This document shows, piece after piece, positions 61,701-64,000 of a DNA stretch of 64,000 bases. Location of the stretch: the NCBI GenBank assembly GCA_963666285.1, contig OY762711.1. One strand, given 5' to 3'. This DNA comes from Sedimentisphaerales bacterium (GTDB taxonomy: Bacteria > Planctomycetota > Phycisphaerae > Sedimentisphaerales > SM23-30). The notes beneath the pieces were generated by a model. The model ran no database searches, was not told the DNA's origin, and saw only the letters and a list, made by a program, of their open reading frames with translations. The position numbers were made by a program, and so were the translations under genes. The first letter of the stretch is position 1. Every line of letters begins with the position of its first letter.

Positions 61701-64000
61701 TACCGCTATCTTGTTCTTGCCGGTATATATACTAACATCGCCGGCCTTAACAGTCGCATTGTTCAATGTAACTTCATTAAAAGCGTTCTGGGTAACGTAT
61801 GCCTTTGCTGTTGATCCGCTGGTTACCGCACTTACAACCATCAGGTTAGCACTTGGGTTAGCCTTGGAAATCGTATGAGTTGTCAGATATATATCACCTG
61901 AATTATTTTCCAGGTAAGAACCGTTTAATGCAATTTCCGCCTGCGTATAGGTAGTTATATCTGTCTTGGCTATTGTTAATGCAAAGCCGGAAACACTTTC
62001 GACCCTGGCATTATCAACCGCAAACACGTCTATCAGTGATTCTACATTGAATATGCCTGGATTAGCATTTGTTCCCTCGGCAATAATATTTGTTCCGCTG
62101 CCGACTGTTATTACACTTTCAAACCTGTTACTGTCCTGACCTATCTGGGTCTTGCTCATCAGCAAACCAACAACGCCCAAACCTGCCGAACCGGAATTCA
62201 GGTTATTGTCATTAGCAAACTGATTCTTGTCAAAATCATTTATAGTATTAAAGACAATTGTCTTGGCATTAATATCTACATCATCACCAACGATAATATT
62301 TGACTTAGTCGTATTGACACTGTCAACCATCGCGCCACTTCCGGCTGCCAGACCGAAACTGTAAGCATCTGATTTAGCGTCAAAGATATTATTATGCTCT
62401 GAGGTCAGGTATATTACACTTACATCAATATCGGAATCGTCGCCTATCCTGGCAACCGCGGCATTATCATTGTCCATACTGGTAAATGCACCCGCAATTC
62501 CTGCCAATACCCCGCCGCCGCCGGCCGTACTCTGCGCCAGGATATCATCTTCGCTGTTTGCCTTCAACCGCAATGCATTTGCTTCGATAGTTGTATTTGA
62601 ACCTACTCCGGCCACAACCTCATATACACTGTTACCTTTACCCAGATCGATACTTGCATACATTCCGCCAACTGAGATTCCGCCAAAACTGGTTCCTAGA
62701 CCTGTTGCATCGCCGTTAATCTCAAAATCTGAAAATACATTCACATCATTATTGACATGAATATCTGAATTATTGCCTATCAATGCTTCTACCGAATGGC
62801 CGACAACAACATAAGCAAAGTTAAGCGAGAAAGCCCCGATTCCGGTTGATATTCCTAACGTATGAGCATTGATTACTATGCTACCATCTGCATCTACCAG
62901 CAAATCTTCCACGCTCTGACCTGAACCTGCAGCAATATTAACATTATTGCCCACATATGACTCTATCGCCAGGTTAGATGTTAGCCTGATAAATGACGCT
63001 CCTACACCTACCACTCCGTTAGAAATCTCTCCGGTATCACCGTCAATATCCTGGTCGCCGTCTGCAAAAATGGTAATCTTATCTGCATTGCGTACAGTAG
63101 CTCCATCACCCAGGTATGCCTGTACAGAACTGTTATCTTCCAGGTCAACTACCGCAGCGCCCAACGCTACAAAACCGGCGGTACCGGCTAATACCGTTAC
63201 ACTGACTTCCTCATCCAGTTTCGCAGTAATACTAATATCATCACCCGCAGTTAGTATGCCGTCGGCGTGCGATACTACACTGGATGCTATATTTACCACC
63301 GAAACTGCCGCTCCAACACCTACCAGCCCGCCGCTGCCGGAACCAACCAGGAAGTTCAGCTCGACATATTCATTTGCATTGACATTAATATCGTCACCGG
63401 CAACAATTACTGCATTGGATTCTATTGCCGCTCTTGTACCGACAGTATCTACCGGTACACTGTTGATATCAGCCTGTATTGCAGCACTGCTTGGAGCTGC
63501 CGCTGCCAGACTGTCTGATGCTCCCTGGGTTGCACTGCCGACATATTTCGTACTGCTGTTATTTGGATTACTCTCATCCTTATCATAGCTGCCCAACGCG
63601 CCGACAACTTCACTATTTGTCGCTGCGGAACGATTGGCTGCTTCAACATCAGCAGTTTCATCTACTTCAACTATTTCTCCTTCTTCATTTTCATAATCGC
63701 CGCCCTCCAGAGGATTAGCTGTGCCTCCATTATCATCTGAATAACTCTTATCTATTGCTTCACCCAGAGACCACACAGAAACAGAGGCGGCCAGACCAAC
63801 AAAACCACCCGCGGCACTAAATGTATATGCATTCAATTCCTTGATACTGAGTGCATTTACCTCAACATCATTTTTCGCTGTTACTATCGCTCCATTGCGT
63901 ATATATGCTCCAACATCATTCTTGACACTACCGATCTCAACCGCTCCGCCAACTCCAACAAAACCACCCGCTACACCACCGGCAAAAGAAGTTATATTGT
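37710..64000 (-). CDS. Giant modular surface/adhesin-like protein (>8,760 aa; partial, start lies beyond the right edge)
   Basis: Frame stays open from 63836 to the window end (...NITSFAGGVAGGFVGVGG...). Contains G/A/V/S-rich filamentous repeats, RTX-like GGxGxD repeats, a 7-repeat propeller-like region, PbH1 beta-helix blocks, three LamG, two golvesin/CBM-like, one nidogen-like, Ig-like and two dockerin-like domains. Confidence 0.93.
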   Translation of the reverse strand, partial: NITSFAGGVAGGFVGVGGAVEIGSVKNDVGAYIRNGAIVTAKNDVEVNALSIKELNAYTFSAAGGFVGLAASVSVWSLGEAIDKSYSDDNGGTANPLEGGDYENEEGEIVEVDETADVEAANRSAATNSEVVGALGSYDKDESNPNNSSTKYVGSATQGASDSLAAAAPSSAAIQADINSVPVDTVGTRAAIESNAVIVAGDDINVNANEYVELNFLVGSGSGGLVGVGAAVSVVNIASSVVSHADGILTAGDDISITAKLDEEVSVTVLAGTAGFVALGAAVVDLEDNSSVQAYLGDGATVRNADKITIFADGDQDIDGDTGEISNGVVGVGASFIRLTSNLAIESYVGNNVNIAAGSGQSVEDLLVDADGSIVINAHTLGISTGIGAFSLNFAYVVVGHSVEALIGNNSDIHVNNDVNVFSDFEINGDATGLGTSFGGISVGGMYASIDLGKGNSVYEVVAGVGSNTTIEANALRLKANSEDDILAQSTAGGGGVLAGIAGAFTSMDNDNAAVARIGDDSDIDVSVIYLTSEHNNIFDAKSDAYSFGLAAGSGAMVDSVNTTKSNIIVGDDVDINAKTIVFNTINDFDKNQFANDNNLNSGSAGLGVVGLLMSKTQIGQDSNRFESVITVGSGTNIIAEGTNANPGIFNVESLIDVFAVDNARVESVSGFALTIAKTDITTYTQAEIALNGSYLENNSGDIYLTTHTISKANPSANLMVVSAVTSGSTAKAYVTQNAFNEVTLNNATVKAGDVSIYTGKNKIAVPNILYSFANTEITAFSLLPNLNDPDPRVRIYEHNTVNINGTSQVLALEDVTLTAQEGIGGSERGGTDGLVLSLSLIPYGIDVPNNTVINSYNNVNIGTNAQVEAGINNKSVIQIRPVKVNGSNQIDPSRIGTLLTSGELGLLGIDSGLDYEYAPLVLTDIEFKINQGTIIHVISGASGGGVVGNYYQYMTDIPGVDYEHQTEDFSEDIVLNTEDYSNTSKWKNLGASLTSEEEDEFAVYDSNITQMFANELDGKFYVIKPVSMADPEISYVNLGNILFEQRAEILSWIANHATNAEAVARYQVQLEELDAILDELGLFDNTDPSNPVVRKELDLIFMDLPEIYAAPGSVFIDSDGQSAGAFNSMIGNQIIAHSGAGIEIFNQSPFTMNVNDTVVRDNYRVVLNEGERLVLEPGNVYLNYTPLTSVSDVSDKEINILQYALASSSYDLGSLTLPPLDQDLYITGDVINEDGDITIENKNGSINITGEIRGENVNIIAARDFNLNTDDWLHTNKDPRQYLDYETLRSEVWNESGAVDSEVFNDFVGPIEGLDEAIDSDTSMILAMGSVTVTARYLNINGLIQSGVDVITLEIAADFDPGDTTTSFVDDDGNVLDGMSFGEDNVPVDGYFDAEKQAIVLDEIVPQGGKVTLAGQIFSTGNGEIRVAHGYTSVDIDNNSSYDLILNRIDTTTERVGKITIIDTATLEKTVYEVDGSSVSEEVYTGTLVAGDPNVEDGVISRIEYTLSTTDTHNVTDDIYYEPREGLQYVWTEGQEFTQTTVRKYEKKTFNLFGGATNFEDWLSSDNSYKWQTIEFTDDMPLLESESLVAPGDDEMPSYANGTIYTIYYERQTDIDIDAIPGVTQVRDIATNKVYEFDASAIAREVALVSVDEETGVVTPIVDFEADPDWVYVSDYTGTDFENPAANKYDSDFKNYSITVDEWTTGGGWLRTKTVHTLTTQIEGKKDYYTHTLKADYPIAINFIAGATTPYINIESNGSIYMEDNISSPENGSISLESIYGDVTASNSVAIFGVSPTIYADGEVKVNVEGDKGTLNIYAGADIEVAAVSHDNISSKLKLGEIISSTGDVTITAPNGITADTDSLSRVDGVRVELSASSGSIGSHLSYIQVNSDSYTGDEGGLAAYAKNSIFLHETYGDMKLIEPQNLSVNEGSVVSTNGNVYLTTANGSVYDAYYENFTPSQYLGSDIYIFTNIADGVSIAADKQDYPLSAGMMQYLYPHAEMLGNIPDAPEAEKANISGGTVYVNAGGNDSDIGRVSPTMLLNMSRGYDLMTLEQVVGLASASIEDIIGFTYEFYQYTGSGATGVDLEAEDYSGSEWQKLSTNYITGFDRSTSQGIEIATGQTVLVQYSKEEYGLYRYHGVSGGIDLTQQDFSNAARWEKISSDYNTEDGTVDIANGTVVENKFIVDYLTLRVWDDLEIDAGGSVTLDAGNNIAVEGMSQLNLNQVIASNDIRLSAADSIIDTYQDSDASITLGGNLYISSLTEIKGDSGGAAGDELRIQMAVGGILNATTTGNMNIRQIAEDAVIRGVPYVVNDLTVSTVTAGGSVKLDVDEGDMIVGRITSGTSVELIAQGDIIDFFDDVSVPVVNINTFDSPDPLTGSITITAGGGVGTALNFLDLNAKYSGPVDVDAQESIYLNEVEGDMVVGVISSAMGDVTLIADGSILDAYEGVSGSPSVDVIGDNITMTAINGSIGVLNDNIDIDSAHSGPGVLTATSALDTNVSEPVGDLTLNIVTAGYDATAYIYALADSLLDGNGSDINVSAGLAYLHAGTDIGQATNAIELVVGNIESKSVNGSTWMTNTGAVVIGGVIDSSYGMLAGGLISFINGSPIYVAEDIEARNDIVLTASESMNTGDDLIVADYISIDSLAGSVQLNAGDDVKTGLHSLVSAANDLTLRSGNGNADGFGTDITILGGLSGANVYILGSSLEDHILIDSNSPIDTIGSSVEVMAGDGDDRIEVLNVWKTTATLTIDGGAGDDTIYGSSENETILGGAGDDYISGGDGDDMISGQGGADIIYGGKGNDTIWGFDAASATDDGADDTIFGDWGDDVIYAGIGSDTIYGGLGDDEIYGNLGHDWIDGGFGVDEIYGQAGMDVLYAGYGTGDMLDGGVGDDTLYGSDDGADIILGDDGNDRIFGMAGNDIIAGGDGDDIIEGGDGDDIIEGNSGSDVLVGAGDHDILYGDSNLYYVTVDDNAVDYLFGDYGTDGMEAGSGQDMLYGGGGNDLLYGEGEDDYIDAGAGSSDLVDYGDAGDDSSFTAPSATAAPTLTVADLTNEYATVDLPEGYDQYGRWAEFAGSATGVGLSGINSSSIEPSIVAGSGGEQYTAWADSRNGNFEIYVAVHDGTGWSQLGGSAEQGGISNTSGSSTAPVITLDSSGNPIVAWTESNGIVSDIYAAKYDPSANGGTGGWVAMGSSMSIGGMSSSGNADDAIIVNSDLGPVVVWLDVSSGTSQLYARYFDGANWQELASGSAVSGGISVSASNVTDFAVAVDGTDIAVSWTETVNGYDHIYLKVLDSGSFVELDGSATGDGLNSEDYSWARPAIAYFGSELFVAWEGASSMAGDTISNIYAVRYDSVAGSFVSAGADGLAAGGISDSYGFASEPRLASGGGKLYLVWEDTFGPAGSDGAALYAKVWDGTDFVEELPGDASGAGISITGGEVESLSLSVDSSGRPFVAWQDSSSGEPEVYVRGNLFEVSELAGHGIFYADGTTTTVQGILDGNDLDPGDVIVVSGSNDGFTVAAEDAGVLIWCGMDIAIEGDIFVNADDVILQRLSIIGNVSVSAVSGFGLIDSVVDGNVSLNGSLSSQIMHNTLIIDDGSDDTGTALNIGAGSDVVVQYNVMAGTAGVVLSGESDGLISDNDILSSLTGIEINDAYAGMIEHNSIHGAAVGIEYGASALVNENYIYDNSIGIRSTVSGDVNGLGFVVGSIANEIYGNTVGVNLVNAWVQDQHIFENGTGISGSGQVGGSDFDHANLIEGNGTGIGSFSGLIQYNRIARNDTGISASNDQEIFYNEIYRNNDYGILVSGANDVRIVNNTLYAPIGDNIHLTNSASEVEIRNNILWAESGYDIYVNNNSQSGYFSDYNLMHITGTGKIGYWTKDFYDILDWQQDITRYDLHSVGTTIINPGWSNPQFADIDADNFNIVSVAGKLRMTSPTIDAGDPGSYQILGDLYPNLLLNPGLEDGLNDWDTSVGASTKSSSPVPHEGSSYFYAGTEQEGYIEQDIDLLLAGYTEAELDSGDLRVVFGGRIRCGSEWPEDHGRIHLVFKDSSNLGIHSVLLEAEDYSTLWELVSSSVNIPVGTRFITFRFEADRNSGSTNDSYVDHTFVYVVSENNAPDIGAHGNNYLDVNTAEARINLRWPDLYTDWEYEKSHEIKWETYGNTDDLPVKIDLYVDSPDGPEYLLTIADSVPDTGSYTWIPSLQGSDDLDYGVYGLRIQVSLVGAEAVMDRAAESFAIPEDGTDYYVDDLDNTNDDFTPTAVGSNRNTGKIAGAPKPNVSNILYNYDLRSGQDIIYVDTGDYPMINRLTISGALDLDYGLDEGFEVTGPADATQVASMHPAIPGDQSGAIFDLYNADFISISNLTLYGDQRGVYVRNSSENFNADHVVSYGHAYEGFRIESDSVISTFDGLVAYDNGLDGIYLAGTFVGLINSIAYNNTEAGIRLEQAKGIVVQNNEVYGNRYGIYARNSSSNATTYVGFGSGETVDDGKGNVVHDNTEYGIYTYENVVVAGNHVYDNYGSYGIYLDYKGQAIYNVVHGNDNGIRGRDADLIGNRIYDNVGNGILAVNQTDVQKNVIYSNSTGISATDYYSTYRGVISNNVIYANASRAIDIWNSDMNSSERTQVVNNTIYQPTGNAIRVRGGSEDIQISNNIIWVDNGYGIEVASDSQVGFVSDYNIFQVGTNGYVGRWQEVDQKSVLQWRVATSKDANSLEQDPLFVDPDGADGILGYDGADGGLDDDFHVQSIAGSFHGGSLAAVLDAGGVIPVSAMTVSAVPDTLHSPAIDRGDDEYANTNEPLPNGGFINIGAYGNTEQASLSELEYVLVISPDGGEIWPGEQVFEIKWRSDAILANASAGEADDYSDAVLADGPVGYWKLNDADSTAIDYSVSGLNGTYHYGTQQTAGWFGANTAYYMDSSGDYINIADNAVLKPEVISVEAWINPSSGIANWDSVLSKASNSNWNDGYGLYYYDGMIKFYVNNYTVAQVESAIELDEWSHVAATYDGSELVLYVNGEQVDTLSYSEPISHSTTQLLIGQGTGSSSYSWYGSIDEVAIYDTALTGSQVMEHYLSSYDNPTYVDITLVRTSDPGFEYVIDTNVLNDGFYTWQIPWDDISPVIPAGDDYKIVVTRSDEPVLTDDSNDEFEISEPIRYYYVNDGSTSGDQYTTAIGDDANSGLRPDQPKASIAAILAAYDLESGDTILIDTGEYNITTSIVITADDAGIMLQGPTNIGVDAVINRGNTGSGNYAIELDNADGVTIDHLKIVGAYTGINLSASSDSDDVTISNSEIANNYQYGIFVGTGNDNISITDNTMYGQYYGVRIEVGDSVVSGNKITSSGSYGIYSSGSGNEISGNSTYSNNYGIYVTGPYSEVTGNRSYNNNSYGIYIVNAYGSTVSENRVYANATSGIYADGQNGQPLVVVDSNIVYDHSGSNDSGINLAEYAIASNNILYGNDFGVYARNTSFVENNYVYENRVGIYVNNYSHASFNTVYNNATGIYADDYYSVFYGRIDHNVVYNNSYAGIHLRDSNVNGQYYPQVYNNTVYQIDAPALKLDNSENVEVYNNIFQVIDAPVYSISSDSQVGFDANYNMLSLSGSATVADWAGYSVADRESWFYELGYDQYSIDDMPQFVDPDGADDIQGFSRDVIATYIVDNTDPGFSLSGMWIDRDGGYGGTYKRLEYNTGGGTASWTFEGLTPGSTYEVALTWPYDSGYNDSTVYATVYDGDNAASFAVTSQRESSDGWQTIATIVAETDSFVVVLNAENYTRTVADAARLQEIYGDMGSDDDFHLMAGSEGIDRGKPTFEYSNEPEPNGDRINLGAYGNTAEAALSSDEILQVLLPGGMEKYQTGEVVDINWHSSGYSSTESVDSAYEMAILNDGPVAYYRLGDTDSTVTDDSGNGLNGSYVNDPVYDVEGVFGSGLDGAVLFDANGKYIEIPDPDGDLTFDREVSFSLWFKADELTTTWNPLLYKGISSSSNREYSLWVNSGGYLHLSTYGSGNETLNSPTGSIVAGQWYNVTCVIDRNIGTMAIYIDGEEVARQSISQTDLVDSTGYSLYLNGSRESYATNPNISMDEVAIFDRALTAEEISNNISPFVDNVDIELLDPLTNSVVYTIADDVTTLQNYKWTIGSDVPADRNYLVRVTTNLGSGISGVSYGQFHIANDGNEYYVNIADDTDFSDNEYTNAAGNNNNSGKSPDYPMASVGALLAQYDLEPGDIIYVDTGIYTLQDNIVLAFEDSGVTITGPTEAGHEAVLDRGNTTTGSYAIQFSSADDVTLENLTFIGGEYGVISADSSDSDNIVITNVKAYGNYQAGIYLGNTSDDALITDSEVYLNNYRGIVTRGSRVEIINNTVYGHTYEGIKSEGRWAEILENETYQNNYGIYSSGWESDIEDNISYLNKDTGIYVSAGYDSLISGNRSFANSYAGIRAYGYNNDHRMLITDNIVYGHNGSNDIGIIAESYGDAVNNIVYDNYKGIYSNSSGVMQGNIVYNNITGIDVRNYTDAVGNTVYSNQVGIYAGNYYSSNYSLISNNIVYDNSDVAIWVVTPAKNGYDYSRVYNNTIDQPVGDAIRVHNGNNIVISSNIINVGTGRAYDIGSDAQVNFTSDYNIINITDGGNLAYWGGFVYDELADWFYDIGQDSHSILNSPEFIDVNGVDNIAGYSTTVVGSPIVVDDGDAGFVIIGSDWISGVSGYGGDTLESAKGSGEDYAVWTFSGLTPGAVYQVSASWPGTYNRAYDAAYKVYSDGQILGAAQVDQRYASNGDGGFQLLVTVIAASDTIEVRFDDYANNTIVADAVQLQQIEGNGGQDDNYHVAETSPAVDFGDPLFDYSEELLPNGSRINAGAYGNTSEAAFSTNEIMQVISPSGYEKFEAGQEVSIYWNNSGIPSLNTSDNDYMQAVLDNGPVAYYRLNTALDDDVLDLSGNGHDGSVNGSANYQVEGVYGAGLDTAMNFNSTSSYIQIPDAGGELNFEREVSFTMWFKTDVMKNSSLVYKGDNSSSERSYSLWLDSSGRLTLYSSDGSYQYLQTSSVIEAGQWYNVAAVVDRTEGVMKVYLNGEEIASGSVRRTDMIAFNNPLYLNCAGGENSSYYTNEGMSIDEFSIYGYALSAQDIANQYNARTDLVDIELIDGVSGTVIDTIATGVASSGRYDWTVPDDSIVTYDSEYYIRVTSNQGIYASGQSLRPFQIVNDGTDYYVNIANDSDLTDNQFTTASGDDTNSGKSPDAPMASLAALFRLYDLDYGDIVHVDTGTYDIPVDIVIGSDDSGVVLQGPSDSNYKAVLNRVHKVSATSVISLDNADDVVIENLSLTGAGTAMLLPADSDSDNLTFRNNIVYDNNTYGIYIGSTNDYASIEDNIIHDNVDGLRSEAYGLFASGNEIYANSQEAIETSGNNALIEDNILYSSRYGVYASGSGLTVRNNQVYGNNTYGIYMSTNAADSYITGNVVYDNGTRGIHANSSSNNVLYITGNTVYGHDDSGDIGIFTADSDYVRNNVVYGNYQGIYADTNATVENNRVYNNATGIYLRRGSNAYANKVYSNNIGIYAVGYYSDYYGEIENNVLYDNTDTGIQLLDGGISGSDIPIIANNTVYQTIGDAVKIQSSSHDVIIMNNIFWVDSGYALNIASDSQVDLDIDYNLYNMATVNARLSLWGTTVYDDLPAWQAGPGFDANSIQADPEFVDIDGADNVLGYSTVGVGYDGGIDDNLYLTSDSPAIDRGYSWIGPATDYIGAPRVDDPNAANLGSDDYWAQTSGASGFAIVGDSISLNSSNSYKNVTLPISFPFYGEVYNDVWVSVEGFLQFGSNSNIYEADNSADLLKIRKRIAPLWDNLKTSGGGVYMDSSVADEVTIRWAAYLEADNSEVNFSVTLHTDGTIDFHYGDGNANLTPTIGISAGNGGSFVLTSYNDQANLANADSISFAFAPGIRDIGAYEYLGGGDVTAPTIVDTNPQYVHVEGVSLVSTDSIRLLLSEPLIASDALSAVNYELVNAGANGVFGDFDDSTISLTPYYTPGTSSILLSSNTGTLASGRYMLTVISTALRDFAGLSLDGDGDGVGGDDYVKEFYIDGDTPGVTGVVLIDDTGVSSTDGKTTDATPEIVFTFNEQVAGSAADISVIAPDSSVIVPDRIIWTDNTVTVGFDTDLVLEGQYRITLNADGITDQVGKYLNDGTDYNYYFTVDREAPLVNEVIINSGSAQRSNIEQIRVTFSETLDVQTLINNHTIDDYVKLYSVDNPDEPVDWLDESHFSWYSYYKRLTIDLTVDSFYGSVKSLLEDGTYELRLTVSAFVDSAGNMLSDNDGTADGYLVISRSTSASFDDLFSQVCDSNGDTWVDELDLAYWQSNFDPGGRYSHNVQQGDWNVDGKVDAIDMLLWQENVKPVTDTQSPSVSDVVVNNGEVQRSNVTAIELTFDEETNIPDLIAGGTIDDVVRVYDLIDDASPLGWLTEANYSWNAAELTLYIDLTSDGFGGSEISGLANGRYKVEIDTAAVTDSFGNILSDDDGTADGTLVIDRSTGAAGQDFFALKADSNGDAEVDQDDLSIWQSNFDPVHLASHTVAEGDWNLDGNVDTLDMFIWQQNVTDGPLSLASETIVEPDVKSEKTVDESEADTIEPVVEITLADDPEFVVLSEPVIDVKPVVEVQVENVLLDNVLVETANSEKRVRFAKRPENAISNFDIVDVQVEQTKSVLQPGVSESMEMDDAFIGEINEVSDKSESAVSARSKAVHRSTGLEFIEPLNQVRVIKPASGKVEFSYEKWMIDNTLLNNGKFN

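Noticed and set aside
38170..63718. Many antisense and alternate-frame ORFs (up to 213 aa) inside the giant gene, and similar shadows elsewhere
   Set aside because: Explained by codon bias of the real genes; no recognisable motifs.
1..64000. CRISPR arrays, reverse transcriptase/DGR, prophage, transposases
   Set aside because: No regularly spaced repeats or corresponding protein motifs seen by eye; weak signals could have been missed.

Overview
A 64-kb chromosomal window of moderate-to-low GC. It is most likely from a planctomycete (Phycisphaerae/Sedimentisphaerales-like). This is inferred from a LEPRxLL-type N-terminus, a prepilin/H-X9-DG protein, dockerin-like tails and a PQQ-like propeller, not from a marker gene. 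Both window edges cut very large secreted proteins: a CARDB/Calx-beta protein on the left and a >8,760-aa modular adhesin-like protein filling the right 26 kb. Between them lie rnpB, tRNA-Phe and housekeeping genes (kdsD-like, ribE, purE, tatD, neuC, pyrE), a DacZ-like diadenylate cyclase, a frameshifted MFS gene and a 16-kb co-oriented carbohydrate locus. That locus runs pilin-like protein, LamG protein, GH51-like hydrolase, atypical glycyl-radical enzyme, sugar ABC transporter, activase, serine dehydratase and GH-A hydrolase, behind two palindromic operators. The most notable items are: (1) an unnamed ~180-bp intergenic element present twice, 25.7 kb apart, whose ~34-bp end motif recurs twice more in the opposite orientation; (2) a glycyl-radical enzyme with non-canonical ACWE/RVWGWS motifs in a sugar-uptake locus; (3) a giant dockerin-bearing protein followed by a cohesin-like + dockerin adaptor. 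I saw no CRISPR array, transposase or integrase. All domain calls are by-eye motif recognition and no searches were run.
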